Positions 33,236 to 33,820 of a DNA stretch of 33,820 bases are shown here, piece by piece (position 1 is the first letter of the stretch; each line of letters starts with the position of its first letter). The notes beneath the pieces were generated by a model. The model searched no databases. It had not been told where the DNA came from and saw only the letters and a list, made by a program, of their open reading frames with translations. Source of the DNA: Stramenopiles sp. TOSAG23-3 (lineage: Eukaryota); the NCBI GenBank assembly GCA_900128585.1, contig LT642207.1, forward strand, positions 1 to 33,820. Direction: 5' to 3'. Both the position numbers and the translations under genes were made by a program.

Positions 33236-33820
33236 ATGAACAACGAACCCCCAAACATACTAATGTTCAGGAACATGCCGAAGCTAAAAAAAAAGCGCTC
33301 AAGCCACCATGCAAAAATGGGTACCCTCCTGGAATGGCTAGGCTCCGAATGCATCGACACGAATATAGGCAGGGACGACGCTCCCTGCACTATTTCTCCA
33401 TGCACCTCATATTCTTTATGAAGGCGGCGGAGTACAAAATTCCAAAGGACTTCGCCACCGGAGCCGCCAAAAGCTCAGCCCCGAAATGGACGTACGACCA
33501 CCAAATGGAGATGGTCCTACAAGGAAAATGGAGGGAACTCTACACGGCCCTCCTCGACTGGCACCTTTACTGCCAGGTGAACGACCTCTGCCAAGAGCCA
33601 ACAACCTCCCCCAACCAAGGCAACGCCGCCAGAGCCAGGAAGTTCGCAGACGAGGGCCAGCTCAGCCGGGCCGTGGCCGCAATGGAAAACACAGGCCTAG
33701 CGAATCATGCATCGGCAACCGAAGTCCGAAAACTGCACCCCGAAGGAAACCCCATGACGGACGAGGACTGGGAGAACGCCCTCCAGCAACAGCACCGGGA
33801 CCCGACCACCAAATGGCCGC
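33236..33820 (+). mobile_element. CRE-like non-LTR retrotransposon, region just upstream of reverse transcriptase; runs off window end
   Basis: GC-rich; a frame open to the window end (absent from the ORF track) reads VLQGKWRELYTALL...NAARARKFADEGQLSRAVAAMENTGLA...EVRKLHP, the GxWxEL / GxxSRAxxxL / LxxxHP motifs preceding RT in CRE/R2-like elements; probable frameshift near 33380 after FRNMPK. Confidence 0.78.

Noticed and set aside
1-33820. tRNA, rRNA, snRNA or spliced-leader genes as retroelement targets
   Set aside because: No cloverleaf, T-loop context or recognisable RNA gene seen by eye; an Infernal/tRNAscan-SE run is needed to exclude them.

Overview
Eukaryotic, gene-dense, almost intronless DNA, most likely from a flagellated stramenopile (inferred from the SUMO sequence type and from CFAP47). 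It holds eight protein genes: RPF2 (-), an F-box/Kelch protein (+), a 3-exon calcineurin-B-like EF-hand protein whose two short introns carry ACTAAC branch points (-), SUMO (+), a divergent actin-related protein (+), a CABLES-like cyclin-box protein (+), a class I SAM methyltransferase (-) and a ~9 kb single-exon CFAP47 (+). CFAP47's natural C-terminus lies in a different frame after an apparent short deletion. The AT-rich spacers are a patchwork of mobile DNA: up to seven fragments of a GC-rich CRE-like non-LTR retrotransposon, a Ty1/copia RNase H relic, an AP2-domain relic, many imperfect foldbacks and nine copies of a ~40-nt AAAACAAGAAAATTGGCTGTT motif. The most striking pattern is that every CRE-like fragment lies just downstream of a gene's stop codon and on the same strand as that gene, and five of them keep a short (S)DEEVDYG-like peptide conserved at codon level. 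This suggests a retroelement that may be targeted to gene 3' ends. All alignments were done by eye; family names rest on recalled motifs, not on database searches.
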